A stretch of DNA of 64,000 bases from the NCBI GenBank assembly GCA_947478805.1, contig CANJXQ010000003.1, positions 6,994 to 70,993 of the forward strand, in the 5' to 3' direction. This stretch comes from Betaproteobacteria bacterium. Its GTDB lineage: Bacteria > Pseudomonadota > Gammaproteobacteria > Burkholderiales > SG8-39. The notes beneath the pieces were generated by a model that was not told the origin of the DNA, did no database searches, and was given only the letters and a program-made list of their open reading frames with translations. This document shows positions 8,962 through 17,208 of this stretch, piece after piece. Position numbers and translations under genes: made by a program. The first letter of the stretch is position 1; each line of letters starts with the position of its first letter.

Positions 8962-9986
8962 CTACTGGGTGCGTCGCGGAAAGCCTTGAGCAGTGCGCTT
9001 CCGGGTCGGCCGCTCGCGTCCATGTCCTTGGCCCAGTCGGCCGCGATCGGCGCGAAGCGCTCATGCATGCGCGCGATGTCCTCCTTGGGCAGCGCCGTGA
9101 CCACCAGCTTGTGGTCATTGACCAGGCTGGCTTCGACCTCCTCGTCGGCCTTGTCCAGATAGGTGCACAGGCTCTTTTGCGCCAAGGCGCCGGCCTGCAT
9201 GAACACAGCCTGGTCCTGCGGCGAGAGCACGTTCCACTGCTTCATGCTCATGCCCACCAACGTGCTGCCTCCACCGAGCTGCGGTCCCTTGGCCAGGTAA
9301 TGCAGCACCTTCTCCAGGCCGGTGGTCTTGGTGCTGCCGATCGGCCAGTAGGCGCCGTCAACCGTGCCGCGGGTGAGCGCGTCGTAGAGTTCAGGCGAAG
9401 GCACGCGCACGGGGATGGCGCCCACCGCCTGCACGGTCTTGTCCATCGCTGCGCCATTGGCGCGGATCTTCAGGCCCGACAGGTCCTTGACGGTCACGAT
9501 CTTCTTGCTGGTGGTCATTACCTGGTAGGGCGGCAGCACGGCCACGTACAGCACCTTGATGCCCTTGGGCTTGTACTCCGCCTCATTCAAGGGGCCGCCG
9601 TCCTTGACGATGCTCCACAGCATGGCCGTTGCCTCGCAGGACGACCCGTACATGCCCGGCAGCTCGGACACCGAGGTCAGCGGGAGCTTGGCTGCCTCGT
9701 AGGAGGGAACGAGGATGGCCACGTCGGCGATGCTCGACGCGAGCATGCCCGCGCCTTCCTTGCCCAACTGGCCAGCGTGGTAAGAGTCGAAGGTGATGCG
9801 GCCATTGGTTGCCTTGGTCACGCTGTCCTGGAACACCTTCCCGCCGTCGGCAAAGAGGTAGTGGGTGGCGGGAAAGGTGTGCGCGAACTTCAGCTTCTTG
9901 TCCTGCGCCCGCGCGGGTTGCGCGGTGACGAGCGCGGCGGCGGCAAGCACTCCCGCCGCGATCATGGTTGCGTGTCTGACTATCAT
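8958..9986 (-). CDS. dctP: TRAP transporter substrate-binding protein
   Basis: Signal peptide, DLSGLKIR, ELYDALTRGTVDG. RBS AAGGAG precedes the ATG at 9986. Confidence 0.92.
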   Translation of the reverse strand: MIVRHATMIAAGVLAAAALVTAQPARAQDKKLKFAHTFPATHYLFADGGKVFQDSVTKATNGRITFDSYHAGQLGKEGAGMLASSIADVAILVPSYEAAKLPLTSVSELPGMYGSSCEATAMLWSIVKDGGPLNEAEYKPKGIKVLYVAVLPPYQVMTTSKKIVTVKDLSGLKIRANGAAMDKTVQAVGAIPVRVPSPELYDALTRGTVDGAYWPIGSTKTTGLEKVLHYLAKGPQLGGGSTLVGMSMKQWNVLSPQDQAVFMQAGALAQKSLCTYLDKADEEVEASLVNDHKLVVTALPKEDIARMHERFAPIAADWAKDMDASGRPGSALLKAFRDAPSR

Positions 9987-10079
9987 TGTCTGTCTCCTTA
10001 TTTCTGGATGGGCGACCGGTGGCCGGCAGCTTTTATCATGAGCCACAATCACGCCCGGCGGCCCGGCCATGGCGCCCAT

Positions 10080-10096
10080 GTTCCGTGCTTTGGACG
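10080..10096. promoter_or_regulatory. IclR-type operator upstream of dctP
   Basis: GTTCCG-TGCTT-TGGACG; the first 14 bp are identical to the site at 47688. Confidence 0.55.
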
Positions 10097-10122
10097 CTTT
10101 CTGGCCGAGCGCCGTGGTGGGG

Positions 10123-10671
10123 TCAACCGGGCTTTGGTCGGTGGTGATTCGGCCAGTATTTCAGCACCAGTTCGCTCGAGGCCCCATAAGCATAGCAGCT
10201 GTCGATCTTGCTCGGCCTGCCATCCGCGTTGACGTCATGGCGGTTCAAGGTGCTCACCGAGTACATGGTCTGCACGGCCGCGCTCGCCAGCGACACCAGC
10301 ATGTCCTTGAGGTGCGTGCACGTGTCTCCGGACGGCAGGCGCTTGCGGATTTCGCTGTTCCAGCCCCGGCCGATCCGCACGCCCACCATGGCCTGCAGGA
10401 TGTCCGCACCATGCGGGCACTCAGGATAGGGCCACACGCGCATATAGGCCTCGACCTCGACGATCACCATGTCCGCGCCGAAGGCGACCCGCACCACGTG
10501 GTCGTGAATCAGGTCGCCGGCCCGGATAGGCCGATCGCGGCTTGGTGGCTGAAAGTCGATCGCCTTGCGGTCCGTGAGGTTCGCTTCGACCTCGTACAAA
10601 CCGTCGCTGCGCCTAAAGCCCCGTAGCTCGATGCGGCGCAAATGCAGTTCCTCGCGTGTCGGTCCGTTCAT
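10123..10671 (-). CDS. DUF2889-like protein
   Basis: REELHLRRIELRGFRRSDGLYEVEA, PYPECP, CTHL and IDSCYAY match the pattern I recall for DUF2889. Confidence 0.8.
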   Translation of the reverse strand: MNGPTREELHLRRIELRGFRRSDGLYEVEANLTDRKAIDFQPPSRDRPIRAGDLIHDHVVRVAFGADMVIVEVEAYMRVWPYPECPHGADILQAMVGVRIGRGWNSEIRKRLPSGDTCTHLKDMLVSLASAAVQTMYSVSTLNRHDVNADGRPSKIDSCYAYGASSELVLKYWPNHHRPKPG

Positions 10672-10705
10672 GTGCCTGTCCTTGGGTTGCGGGCGTTGGC
10701 CTGCA

Positions 10706-10771
10706 AGCGTAGGTCAATCGAGTCCGGCCGCCAACTTGCGATTCGTGAAGCGGAGATTCGCGAACACTGAA
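10706..10771 (-). promoter_or_regulatory. Putative LysR-activated promoter cassette 4, upstream of the DUF2889 gene
   Basis: Minus strand: TTCAGTGTTCGCGAA-N7-TTCACGAATCGCAAG-TTGGCG-N17-TACGCT. Confidence 0.7.
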
Positions 10772-10777
10772 GTGCAG

Positions 10778-10794
10778 AGCCCGAAGTACGGAAC
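10778..10794. promoter_or_regulatory. IclR-type operator in the DUF2889/caiB divergent region
   Basis: Reverse complement reads GTTCCG-TACTT-CGGGCT. Confidence 0.6.
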
Positions 10795-10888
10795 GTGACC
10801 TCGGCGACGACGGCGGCCGCGGCCCCTAGCCCCTAGCATCGGATCAGAGCCGCAATAAACCCCAGAGAAAGGCGAGGCCCCATTCATC

Positions 10889-12070
10889 ATGCGTGTACTG
10901 GAAGGAATCCGGGTCCTGGACCTTGGGCGTTTCATCGCCGGCCCGTTCTGCGGCGCTCTGCTGGCCGACTACGGCGCCGATGTCATCCGCGTGGATAAAG
11001 TGGGGGGCAGCGAGGACCGGCACATCGTACCGGTGTCCGAACAGGGCGATGGCGCGCTGTTCCTTCAGGTCAACCGCAACAAGCGATCTATCGCGCTGGA
11101 CATCGAATGCAAAGACGGCCGTGCGGTGCTCAACGAGCTCGTGGCGCGGGCCGACATCGTCATTGCCAACATGCCTGCCAGCACTCTGAAGACGCTCGCG
11201 CTCGACTACGACAGCCTGCGCGCGATCCGTCCCGACGTGATTCTGGTTGCCTCCTCAGCGTTCGGCTCGTCGAAAGCGATGCGCGACCGCATCGCCTTCG
11301 ACGGCGTGGGCCAGGCGATCAGCGGGGCGGTGCACATCACCGGCCATCCCGGCCAGCCGATGAAGATGATGGTGCCTGTGGTGGATTTCGCTACGGGCAT
11401 GGCGTGCGCGCTCGGCGCGATGATGGCGCTCTACGAGCGCAAGACAAGCGGCATGGGGCAGGAGGTGAGCGCATCGCTGCTGCAGACCGCGCTGAATTTC
11501 TCCAGCGGCGCATTGATCGAGGAGGCGGTGTTGCGCATGGATCGTGGTGCCACGGGCAACCGCGCCGCGCAGTACGCGCCCTCGGACATTTTCCGCGTCA
11601 AGGAAGGCTGGATCATCATTCAAGTGATCGGACCGGCCATGTTCAAGCGCTGGGCGCGCCTGGTCGGCCAGCCCGAACTGTTGTCCGACCCCCGCTTTGC
11701 CAACGACGTGGCGCGCGGCGAAAACGGCGAAGTGCTGAGCGGCATCATGTCTCGCTGGTGCGCGCAGTTCACGCGCGAGGAAGCGCTGGCAAGACTGGAA
11801 GAAGCGAAGATTCCATCGGGACCGGTTAGCTCGCCGCGCGAGGTCATCGACGATCCGATCATCCGCGACGCGGGCGCCTTTCACCCCATCGCCTATCCCG
11901 GGGTCGATACGCCCGTGCCGCTGGTGTCGCCTCCTTCCACGCTTTCGCGCACGCCGCCGCAAATCACGCGCCGCCCGCCTTTGTCCGGCGAGCACACGGA
12001 CGAGATCCTCGCCGAACTGGGCTACGCCGCGCAGGCGATTTCGAGCTTGCGGGGGCGCGGCATCATCTAG
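10889..12070 (+). CDS. CoA-transferase family III (CaiB/BaiF)
   Basis: LEGIRVLDLGRFIAGP, NRNKRSIALD, AFDGVGQ and VVDFATG motifs. Confidence 0.94.
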   Translation: MRVLEGIRVLDLGRFIAGPFCGALLADYGADVIRVDKVGGSEDRHIVPVSEQGDGALFLQVNRNKRSIALDIECKDGRAVLNELVARADIVIANMPASTLKTLALDYDSLRAIRPDVILVASSAFGSSKAMRDRIAFDGVGQAISGAVHITGHPGQPMKMMVPVVDFATGMACALGAMMALYERKTSGMGQEVSASLLQTALNFSSGALIEEAVLRMDRGATGNRAAQYAPSDIFRVKEGWIIIQVIGPAMFKRWARLVGQPELLSDPRFANDVARGENGEVLSGIMSRWCAQFTREEALARLEEAKIPSGPVSSPREVIDDPIIRDAGAFHPIAYPGVDTPVPLVSPPSTLSRTPPQITRRPPLSGEHTDEILAELGYAAQAISSLRGRGII

Positions 12071-12088
12071 GGTTCTTGCACCCAGTGT

Positions 12089-12140
12089 CACTCGCGTTCG
12101 CTGCCCCAAAAGGGGGCGCAACACATTTGAGGCGGCTCGT
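12089..12140. repeat. REP-like / hairpin element between convergent genes
   Basis: GCCCC-AAAAG-GGGGC hairpin at 12103-12117 within CACTCGCGTTCGCTGCCCC...GGGGGCGCA...TTTGAGGCGGCTCG. Resembles, from memory, an intergenic repeat of Comamonadaceae; single copy in this window. Confidence 0.4.
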
Positions 12141-12148
12141 CACCGCAG

Positions 12149-12943
12149 TCAGGGCTGCCCTTCGAAGCCGGCCAGCAGTTTTTCCAGGCTGGCTGCCGCG
12201 CCCTTGAGCACGGGAGCAATGCGCTTGCGCTCGGCAACCAGGTCCGGCTGAAGGTCGGCCTTACCGCAGCTCAGGCCCATCACGGTGCGGCTGCGTCCCA
12301 CGCGGACCGGCACCGCCACCCCGTACGAGTCGCGCTGGAACCCACCCAGCACGCCACAGGCACCCGACGACTCGAGTTCCGAAAAGCTCTCGTGCATGCC
12401 GTGCAGCATCATGGTTTCAAGCGCGCCTGCCGACCGCTTGAGCCGCTCGATGAGCCGATCGCGCTGAGCTTCGGGCTGCGCCCACAGGTAGGCATGGCCG
12501 ATCGAGGTGGTCCCCATCGGCAGCACCGAACCCACGCCCAGGCGCAGGGTCGCCACCTTCGGGCTTGCCCGGTAGGCCACATAGAGCATGTCCCGGCCAT
12601 CGGCGATAGCCAGCGCAACGGACACGCCGAGTTGGTCGGCGAGGTCCTGCATGCAAGGTTCCGCCGCCTGAAGCAGTTCGCTGGACGCCAGGAACGCGTG
12701 GCCGATGCCCAGCGGCCCCGCGGCCAACTCGAACTCGCGGCTGCCGCGCACATGCAGCAGAAAGCCCAGTTGCAGCAGCGTGCTCGTGAGCCGGGACACC
12801 GTTGCCTTTGGCAGGCCAGTGACGCGCACAAGATCGGCGTTCGCCATCGGCGTGCGCGCGGAACGAAAAGCCCGAAGCACATGCATGCCACGGGACACGG
12901 TCAGGATGGCTTCCGCGCGCATTGGCGTTGGCGTTGCGCTCAT
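12149..12943 (-). CDS. IclR-family transcriptional regulator (second of tandem pair)
   Basis: HTH (TVSRGMHVLRAF...TGLPKATVSRLTSTL) and VGSVLPMGTTSIGHA. Start set at MSATPTP (12943). Confidence 0.93.
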   Translation of the reverse strand: MSATPTPMRAEAILTVSRGMHVLRAFRSARTPMANADLVRVTGLPKATVSRLTSTLLQLGFLLHVRGSREFELAAGPLGIGHAFLASSELLQAAEPCMQDLADQLGVSVALAIADGRDMLYVAYRASPKVATLRLGVGSVLPMGTTSIGHAYLWAQPEAQRDRLIERLKRSAGALETMMLHGMHESFSELESSGACGVLGGFQRDSYGVAVPVRVGRSRTVMGLSCGKADLQPDLVAERKRIAPVLKGAAASLEKLLAGFEGQP

Positions 12944-12953
12944 TCGAAGCGAC

Positions 12954-13808
12954 TCATGCACGCGTTCCCACCTGCTGGATGCTACGCGCGACTGACAGCA
13001 GCTTTGGCCCCAGTTCGCGCTGGATGCGCGCTCGGGTGATCTGCGCGCTGGAGCCCACGCAGGCAACAACGAACGGCGCATTGCCTTCGACAACGACGGG
13101 CGCGGCGATCATGCCCAGCTCGCGCCCCCATTCGCCCAGCGACGTGCAGTATCCGACTTCGTAGACCTCGCCCAAAGCCTTGCCGAGCCGGCGCCGCAGG
13201 CGCGGCCACTCGCCGGTCACGCGCCGCTCGACGTTTTCCATCAGGTAGTAGCGTTCGAGCTCAGGCAAGGCCGCCAACAGCGCCCAGCCCATCGGCGAGG
13301 AGGCGATGCCCACGCGCGCGCCCACATGCAGATTGAGCGCGAGCGGCACCTGCGCACCGCTGCAGCTTTCGAGCACGATCAGATCCAGCCTGTCACGCGA
13401 ACTCAGGTTGACGTGCACGCGCTGGGTGTCAGCCAGCGTCTGGAGGTGGCCACGGGCGGCACGCTGCAGCTCGGAGTTGGCAATGGCCGCGTAGCCGAGC
13501 GCGAGCACGGGCGCGCCGAGCCGGTACTTGCGTTCGTCCGCGTTGTAATGAAGATAGCCCAGGACCACAAGCGACTGCGCGATGCGCGAGACCGTCGATG
13601 CGGGCAGTTGCGTGCGCGCGACCAGGTCGCGGTTGCGAAGCCATCGGTCTGCGGGCGTGAAGACGCCAAGCAATGCAAGGGCGCGGGCGAACGGTGTCAC
13701 CATGGTGCCCCGCGTCGATCCGGCATGCGCTATGTCTGGCCGCGCGGGTGCGGCGAGGGCCACCCTCCTGGCTGCCGCCGAACCCGATGCCATGCCGGCG
13801 GCGGGCAT
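12954..13808 (-). CDS. IclR-family transcriptional regulator (first of tandem pair)
   Basis: HTH (PFARALALL...TQLPASTVSRIAQSL), LHVGARVGIASSPMGWA. Start uncertain (13808 or 13703). Confidence 0.9.
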   Translation of the reverse strand: MPAAGMASGSAAARRVALAAPARPDIAHAGSTRGTMVTPFARALALLGVFTPADRWLRNRDLVARTQLPASTVSRIAQSLVVLGYLHYNADERKYRLGAPVLALGYAAIANSELQRAARGHLQTLADTQRVHVNLSSRDRLDLIVLESCSGAQVPLALNLHVGARVGIASSPMGWALLAALPELERYYLMENVERRVTGEWPRLRRRLGKALGEVYEVGYCTSLGEWGRELGMIAAPVVVEGNAPFVVACVGSSAQITRARIQRELGPKLLSVARSIQQVGTRA

Positions 13809-13815
13809 GGCTCGG

Positions 13816-15771
13816 CTAGACCTTGCCACTGGCGGCCACGCTCCGGATATCGTCCAGAGCGGCCGGATTGTCCAGCGATGACAGGTCACCTGGGGGCGTG
13901 CCGCAGTAGACGCTGCGAATCAGGCGCCGCATGATCTTCGAGCTGCGCGTCTTGGGCAGCTGTCCCACTTGGTGCACGGCACTCGGCCGGAACGGCCGCC
14001 CGAGGCGCTTGTCCACGTGGGCCATGACACTTTGCGCGATCCCATCGGCCGCGCCGGCAACTTCGGGTTTAAGCACCACGAAGACGACGAGTTTCTGCCC
14101 TTTGTCCGCGTCGTCCACGCCGATGGCGGCAGCTTCGGCGACCTGCGGCAGTTCAACCACGATTTCCTCCACTTCCGCCGGCCCGAGGCGTTTACCCGCG
14201 ACCTTGAGCGTGTCGTCGGAGCGGCCCATCATGAAGTAACAGCCGTCGGCCCGGCGCATGGCAAGGTCGCCATGGACCCAGATTCCGGGAATGGTGCGCC
14301 AGTACGTGTCGAGATAGCGCTCGTCGTCATGCCAGAACGACTGCGTCATGCCAACGAAGGGTCCGCGGATCGCGAGTTCGCCTACGGCGCCGGTGAGGGA
14401 GTTGCCGCTGGCGTCCACCACGTCAACGGCAACTCCCGGCGACGCGGTGTTGAACCCGCTGGGTGGAATGGGGCGAACCAGCACGCTGGACAACAGCGCG
14501 CCGGACACTTCGGTGCCGCCCGTGTAGTTGACCAGAGGCTGCGTGCCACGCCCAAAGTGACGCTGGAACCAGATGAAATGCTCCGGCGCGATGCCCTCGC
14601 CAGCCGTGATCAGCAGGCGCACACTGGACGTGTCGCCCTGCGTCGCAATGGCCTCGTTGCCGGCCATGCCGCGGATGAGGGTGGGCGCGGAGCCGAACTG
14701 TGTCACCTTGTGCCGCTCCACGATGCGCGACATGCGCGACCAGTCCGGGAAGTCGGGCGCGCCGTCATAGCACACCAGCGTCGCTCCGCGCAGGAGCGCG
14801 CAGCACAGGACGAGCGAACCCGCGATCCAGCCCATGTCGGCCGGCCAACAGAACACGTCGCCCGGTTGAACGTCGAAGTGAACGAGCGCGTCGTGGGCGA
14901 TTTTGAGAGGGAAGCTCCCGTGCGAATGCACCACACCCTTGGGCCTACCCGTGGTGCCGGAGGTATAGATCACCATGAAGGCGTCGTCGGGCGACATGAC
15001 CTCGGGTTCCATCAGCTTGCCCGCGCCAAGCTCCACGACTTCGTCCCAAGCGATGTCGCGCGCGGGGTCCGGAGCACCCGCGACTTCACCTTTCCATACG
15101 ATGCGTTTCACCGTGGGCAGTTTCGCGCATGCATCGCGCACCGCGCCCTGCACATCGACCCGCCTAGCCCGGCGCGAGAAGCCCGTGCTCGCGATCACCA
15201 CCCTGGTTTCGCCTGCGGACAGGCGAGCGACGATCGCGTCCACGCCGAAGCCGCTGAACAGGGGAACCACGATGGCGCCCATGCACGCAATCGCCATCAG
15301 CGACACAGTTGCCTCCACGCCGTTTTCCATCAGCAGGCCCACACGGTCGCCGCGCGCGACGCCGATCGCCGCCAAGCCACCAGCGAACTCGCGTACCGCG
15401 CGTTCGAGTTGCGCGTAGGTGAGCGAACTAACAGACCCGTCTTCCCTTTCGCCGACCACTGCCAGCCGCGCGGTAGAGGCAGGGTTGCGCGAGTAAGCGA
15501 ACACCGTCTCCACCCAGTTCAACTTCCCGCCGGGGAACCACGACGGAAACTCCGGACCGCGGGTCAGGTCCATGTACCCGGTTGGCGGCGTGCGCCACGC
15601 GATGTCGCAAAAGCGCATGACCACGTCCCAGTAACGGGCAGGATCGGCCGTGGAAAGCGCGAGCAAGTCCTCATAGCGGGTCACACCGAGAGCGCGCATG
15701 AGTTGCACGATGCCCGACGATTCGAGTTCGCGCGTGCCTGGACTCCAGGTGGTGGAAGATGTGTCGGTCAT
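13816..15771 (-). CDS. Acetyl-CoA synthetase-like acyl-CoA ligase (AMP-binding)
   Basis: YTSGTTGRPKG, ADMGWI, GGTE, HGD, GRSDDTLKVAGKRLGPAEVE and PKTRSSKIMRR motifs. Start at MTDTSS (15771). Confidence 0.94.
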   Translation of the reverse strand: MTDTSSTTWSPGTRELESSGIVQLMRALGVTRYEDLLALSTADPARYWDVVMRFCDIAWRTPPTGYMDLTRGPEFPSWFPGGKLNWVETVFAYSRNPASTARLAVVGEREDGSVSSLTYAQLERAVREFAGGLAAIGVARGDRVGLLMENGVEATVSLMAIACMGAIVVPLFSGFGVDAIVARLSAGETRVVIASTGFSRRARRVDVQGAVRDACAKLPTVKRIVWKGEVAGAPDPARDIAWDEVVELGAGKLMEPEVMSPDDAFMVIYTSGTTGRPKGVVHSHGSFPLKIAHDALVHFDVQPGDVFCWPADMGWIAGSLVLCCALLRGATLVCYDGAPDFPDWSRMSRIVERHKVTQFGSAPTLIRGMAGNEAIATQGDTSSVRLLITAGEGIAPEHFIWFQRHFGRGTQPLVNYTGGTEVSGALLSSVLVRPIPPSGFNTASPGVAVDVVDASGNSLTGAVGELAIRGPFVGMTQSFWHDDERYLDTYWRTIPGIWVHGDLAMRRADGCYFMMGRSDDTLKVAGKRLGPAEVEEIVVELPQVAEAAAIGVDDADKGQKLVVFVVLKPEVAGAADGIAQSVMAHVDKRLGRPFRPSAVHQVGQLPKTRSSKIMRRLIRSVYCGTPPGDLSSLDNPAALDDIRSVAASGKV

Positions 15772-15782
15772 ATCGGGGGCCT

Positions 15783-16478
15783 TCAGGCAATCGCCGTTTG
15801 CGGCGCTGGCGCGCAAGGCCTATGGGCGAGCGAGGCAATCATGCCTTTGTCAATTGAAAACCAGCTATCGCAGACGAGGTCTGTGAACTTGATGTTCTGC
15901 TCGGCAACCAGCATGGCCACGCCTTGCGCGCGCAGCGCCTTGATGGCCTGCACGAGCCGCAGCACGACAATGGGCGCCAGGCCCTCGCTCGGCTCGTCAA
16001 GCAGCAGCAGACGCGGCCGGAGCATGAGCGCGCGGCCGATCGCCACCATCTGCCGCTCGCCGCCGGACAGCTTGCCGGCGTAGCGCAGGCGCAGCTTCTC
16101 AAGCTCGGGAAAGAGTTTCAGCACCGGCGCCAAGTCAGCTTCAGAGTATTGCGGCGTGCCGATGGTAAGGTTCTCCTCCACCGTCAGCGACTTGAAGAGG
16201 CGTCCGCCGCTCGGCACGATCCCCATGCCCGATTCCACGCGCTTGTGCGACGGCAGGTTCACGAGTTCGCGGCCCTGCATCGTGATCTGGCCCGACACGT
16301 CGGGAATAAGCCCGCAGAGCGCGGCCAGAAAGGTGGTCTTGCCCGCGCCGTTGCGGCCCACCAGGCCCACAATCTCGCCGGCGGACACGTCGATCGCGCC
16401 GCCGCGAATCACCTTCACGTGGCCGTAGCCCGCGTCGAGCCCCGCAACGTGCAGGACCGTTTCAGATGTCTTCGCCAA
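15783..16478 (-). CDS. livF: Liv-type ABC transporter ATP-binding protein
   Basis: GRNGAGKTT, LSGGERQ, LLLDEPSEGLAP. TTG start preceded by AAGGAGG. Confidence 0.92.
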   Translation of the reverse strand: MAKTSETVLHVAGLDAGYGHVKVIRGGAIDVSAGEIVGLVGRNGAGKTTFLAALCGLIPDVSGQITMQGRELVNLPSHKRVESGMGIVPSGGRLFKSLTVEENLTIGTPQYSEADLAPVLKLFPELEKLRLRYAGKLSGGERQMVAIGRALMLRPRLLLLDEPSEGLAPIVVLRLVQAIKALRAQGVAMLVAEQNIKFTDLVCDSWFSIDKGMIASLAHRPCAPAPQTAIA

Positions 16479-17208
16479 AATAGGCCTCCTTCACGCGTTG
16501 GTCCTTGCGCACGACTTCGGGTTCACCGTCGATCAGCACCTGCCCCGCCACCAGCACCATCACGCGCGTTGCAAACGAGAACACGACGTTCATGTCGTGC
16601 TCCACGAAAACGATCGGCATGCTCTCGCTAGCGGCGATGTTGCGGATCAAGGTCAGGCATTCGCGCGATTCTTCACGTCCCATGCCAGCCGTGGGCTCGT
16701 CCAGCAGCAGCAGCTTCGGTCGTGTCGAGAGCGCCACGGCGAGTTCGAGCGTGCGCTGGTCGCCGTGGGAAAGATCGCTCGCGGCCACGTCTTTCTTGTC
16801 CGCCAGACCCACTTTCGCGAGCAGCGCCGCGGCTTCGTCCTTCTGCGTCTCGGTGGCGCGCGCAAATGCGTTCCACGTGCGGCCGCTTGCCAGCATCAGG
16901 CCGATCTGCACGTTTTCCTCGGCAGTGAACGTCGGGAACACGCTGCTCACCTGGAACGAGCGCCCGAGCCCGCGCTTCACGCGCTTCCAGGGCTTGAGGT
17001 GCCCGACGGATTCACCGAAGAGCTGCACCTCGCCCCTGTCGGGCGTCTTGCGCCCGGTGAGCAGATCGAAGAGTGTGCTTTTTCCCGCGCCGTTGGGCCC
17101 GATGATCGCGAGCGCTTCACCGTCGTTCACCGTGAACGAGACGTCGTTGACTGCCGTGAAGGCACCAAAAGACTTGACGAGCCCCGTGGCTTTCAAAACG
17201 GCGCTCAT
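16462..17208 (-). CDS. livG: Liv-type ABC transporter ATP-binding protein
   Basis: GPNGAGKST, GLGRSFQ, LSHGDQR, LLLDEPTAG, VEHDM. Confidence 0.93.
   Translation of the reverse strand: MSAVLKATGLVKSFGAFTAVNDVSFTVNDGEALAIIGPNGAGKSTLFDLLTGRKTPDRGEVQLFGESVGHLKPWKRVKRGLGRSFQVSSVFPTFTAEENVQIGLMLASGRTWNAFARATETQKDEAAALLAKVGLADKKDVAASDLSHGDQRTLELAVALSTRPKLLLLDEPTAGMGREESRECLTLIRNIAASESMPIVFVEHDMNVVFSFATRVMVLVAGQVLIDGEPEVVRKDQRVKEAYFGEDI

Noticed and set aside
13969-16083. Long antisense ORFs (704 aa here; also 23634..25196, 31687..33387, 54516..56045)
   Set aside because: Typical stop-poor shadow frames of high-GC genes, with no recognisable motifs.
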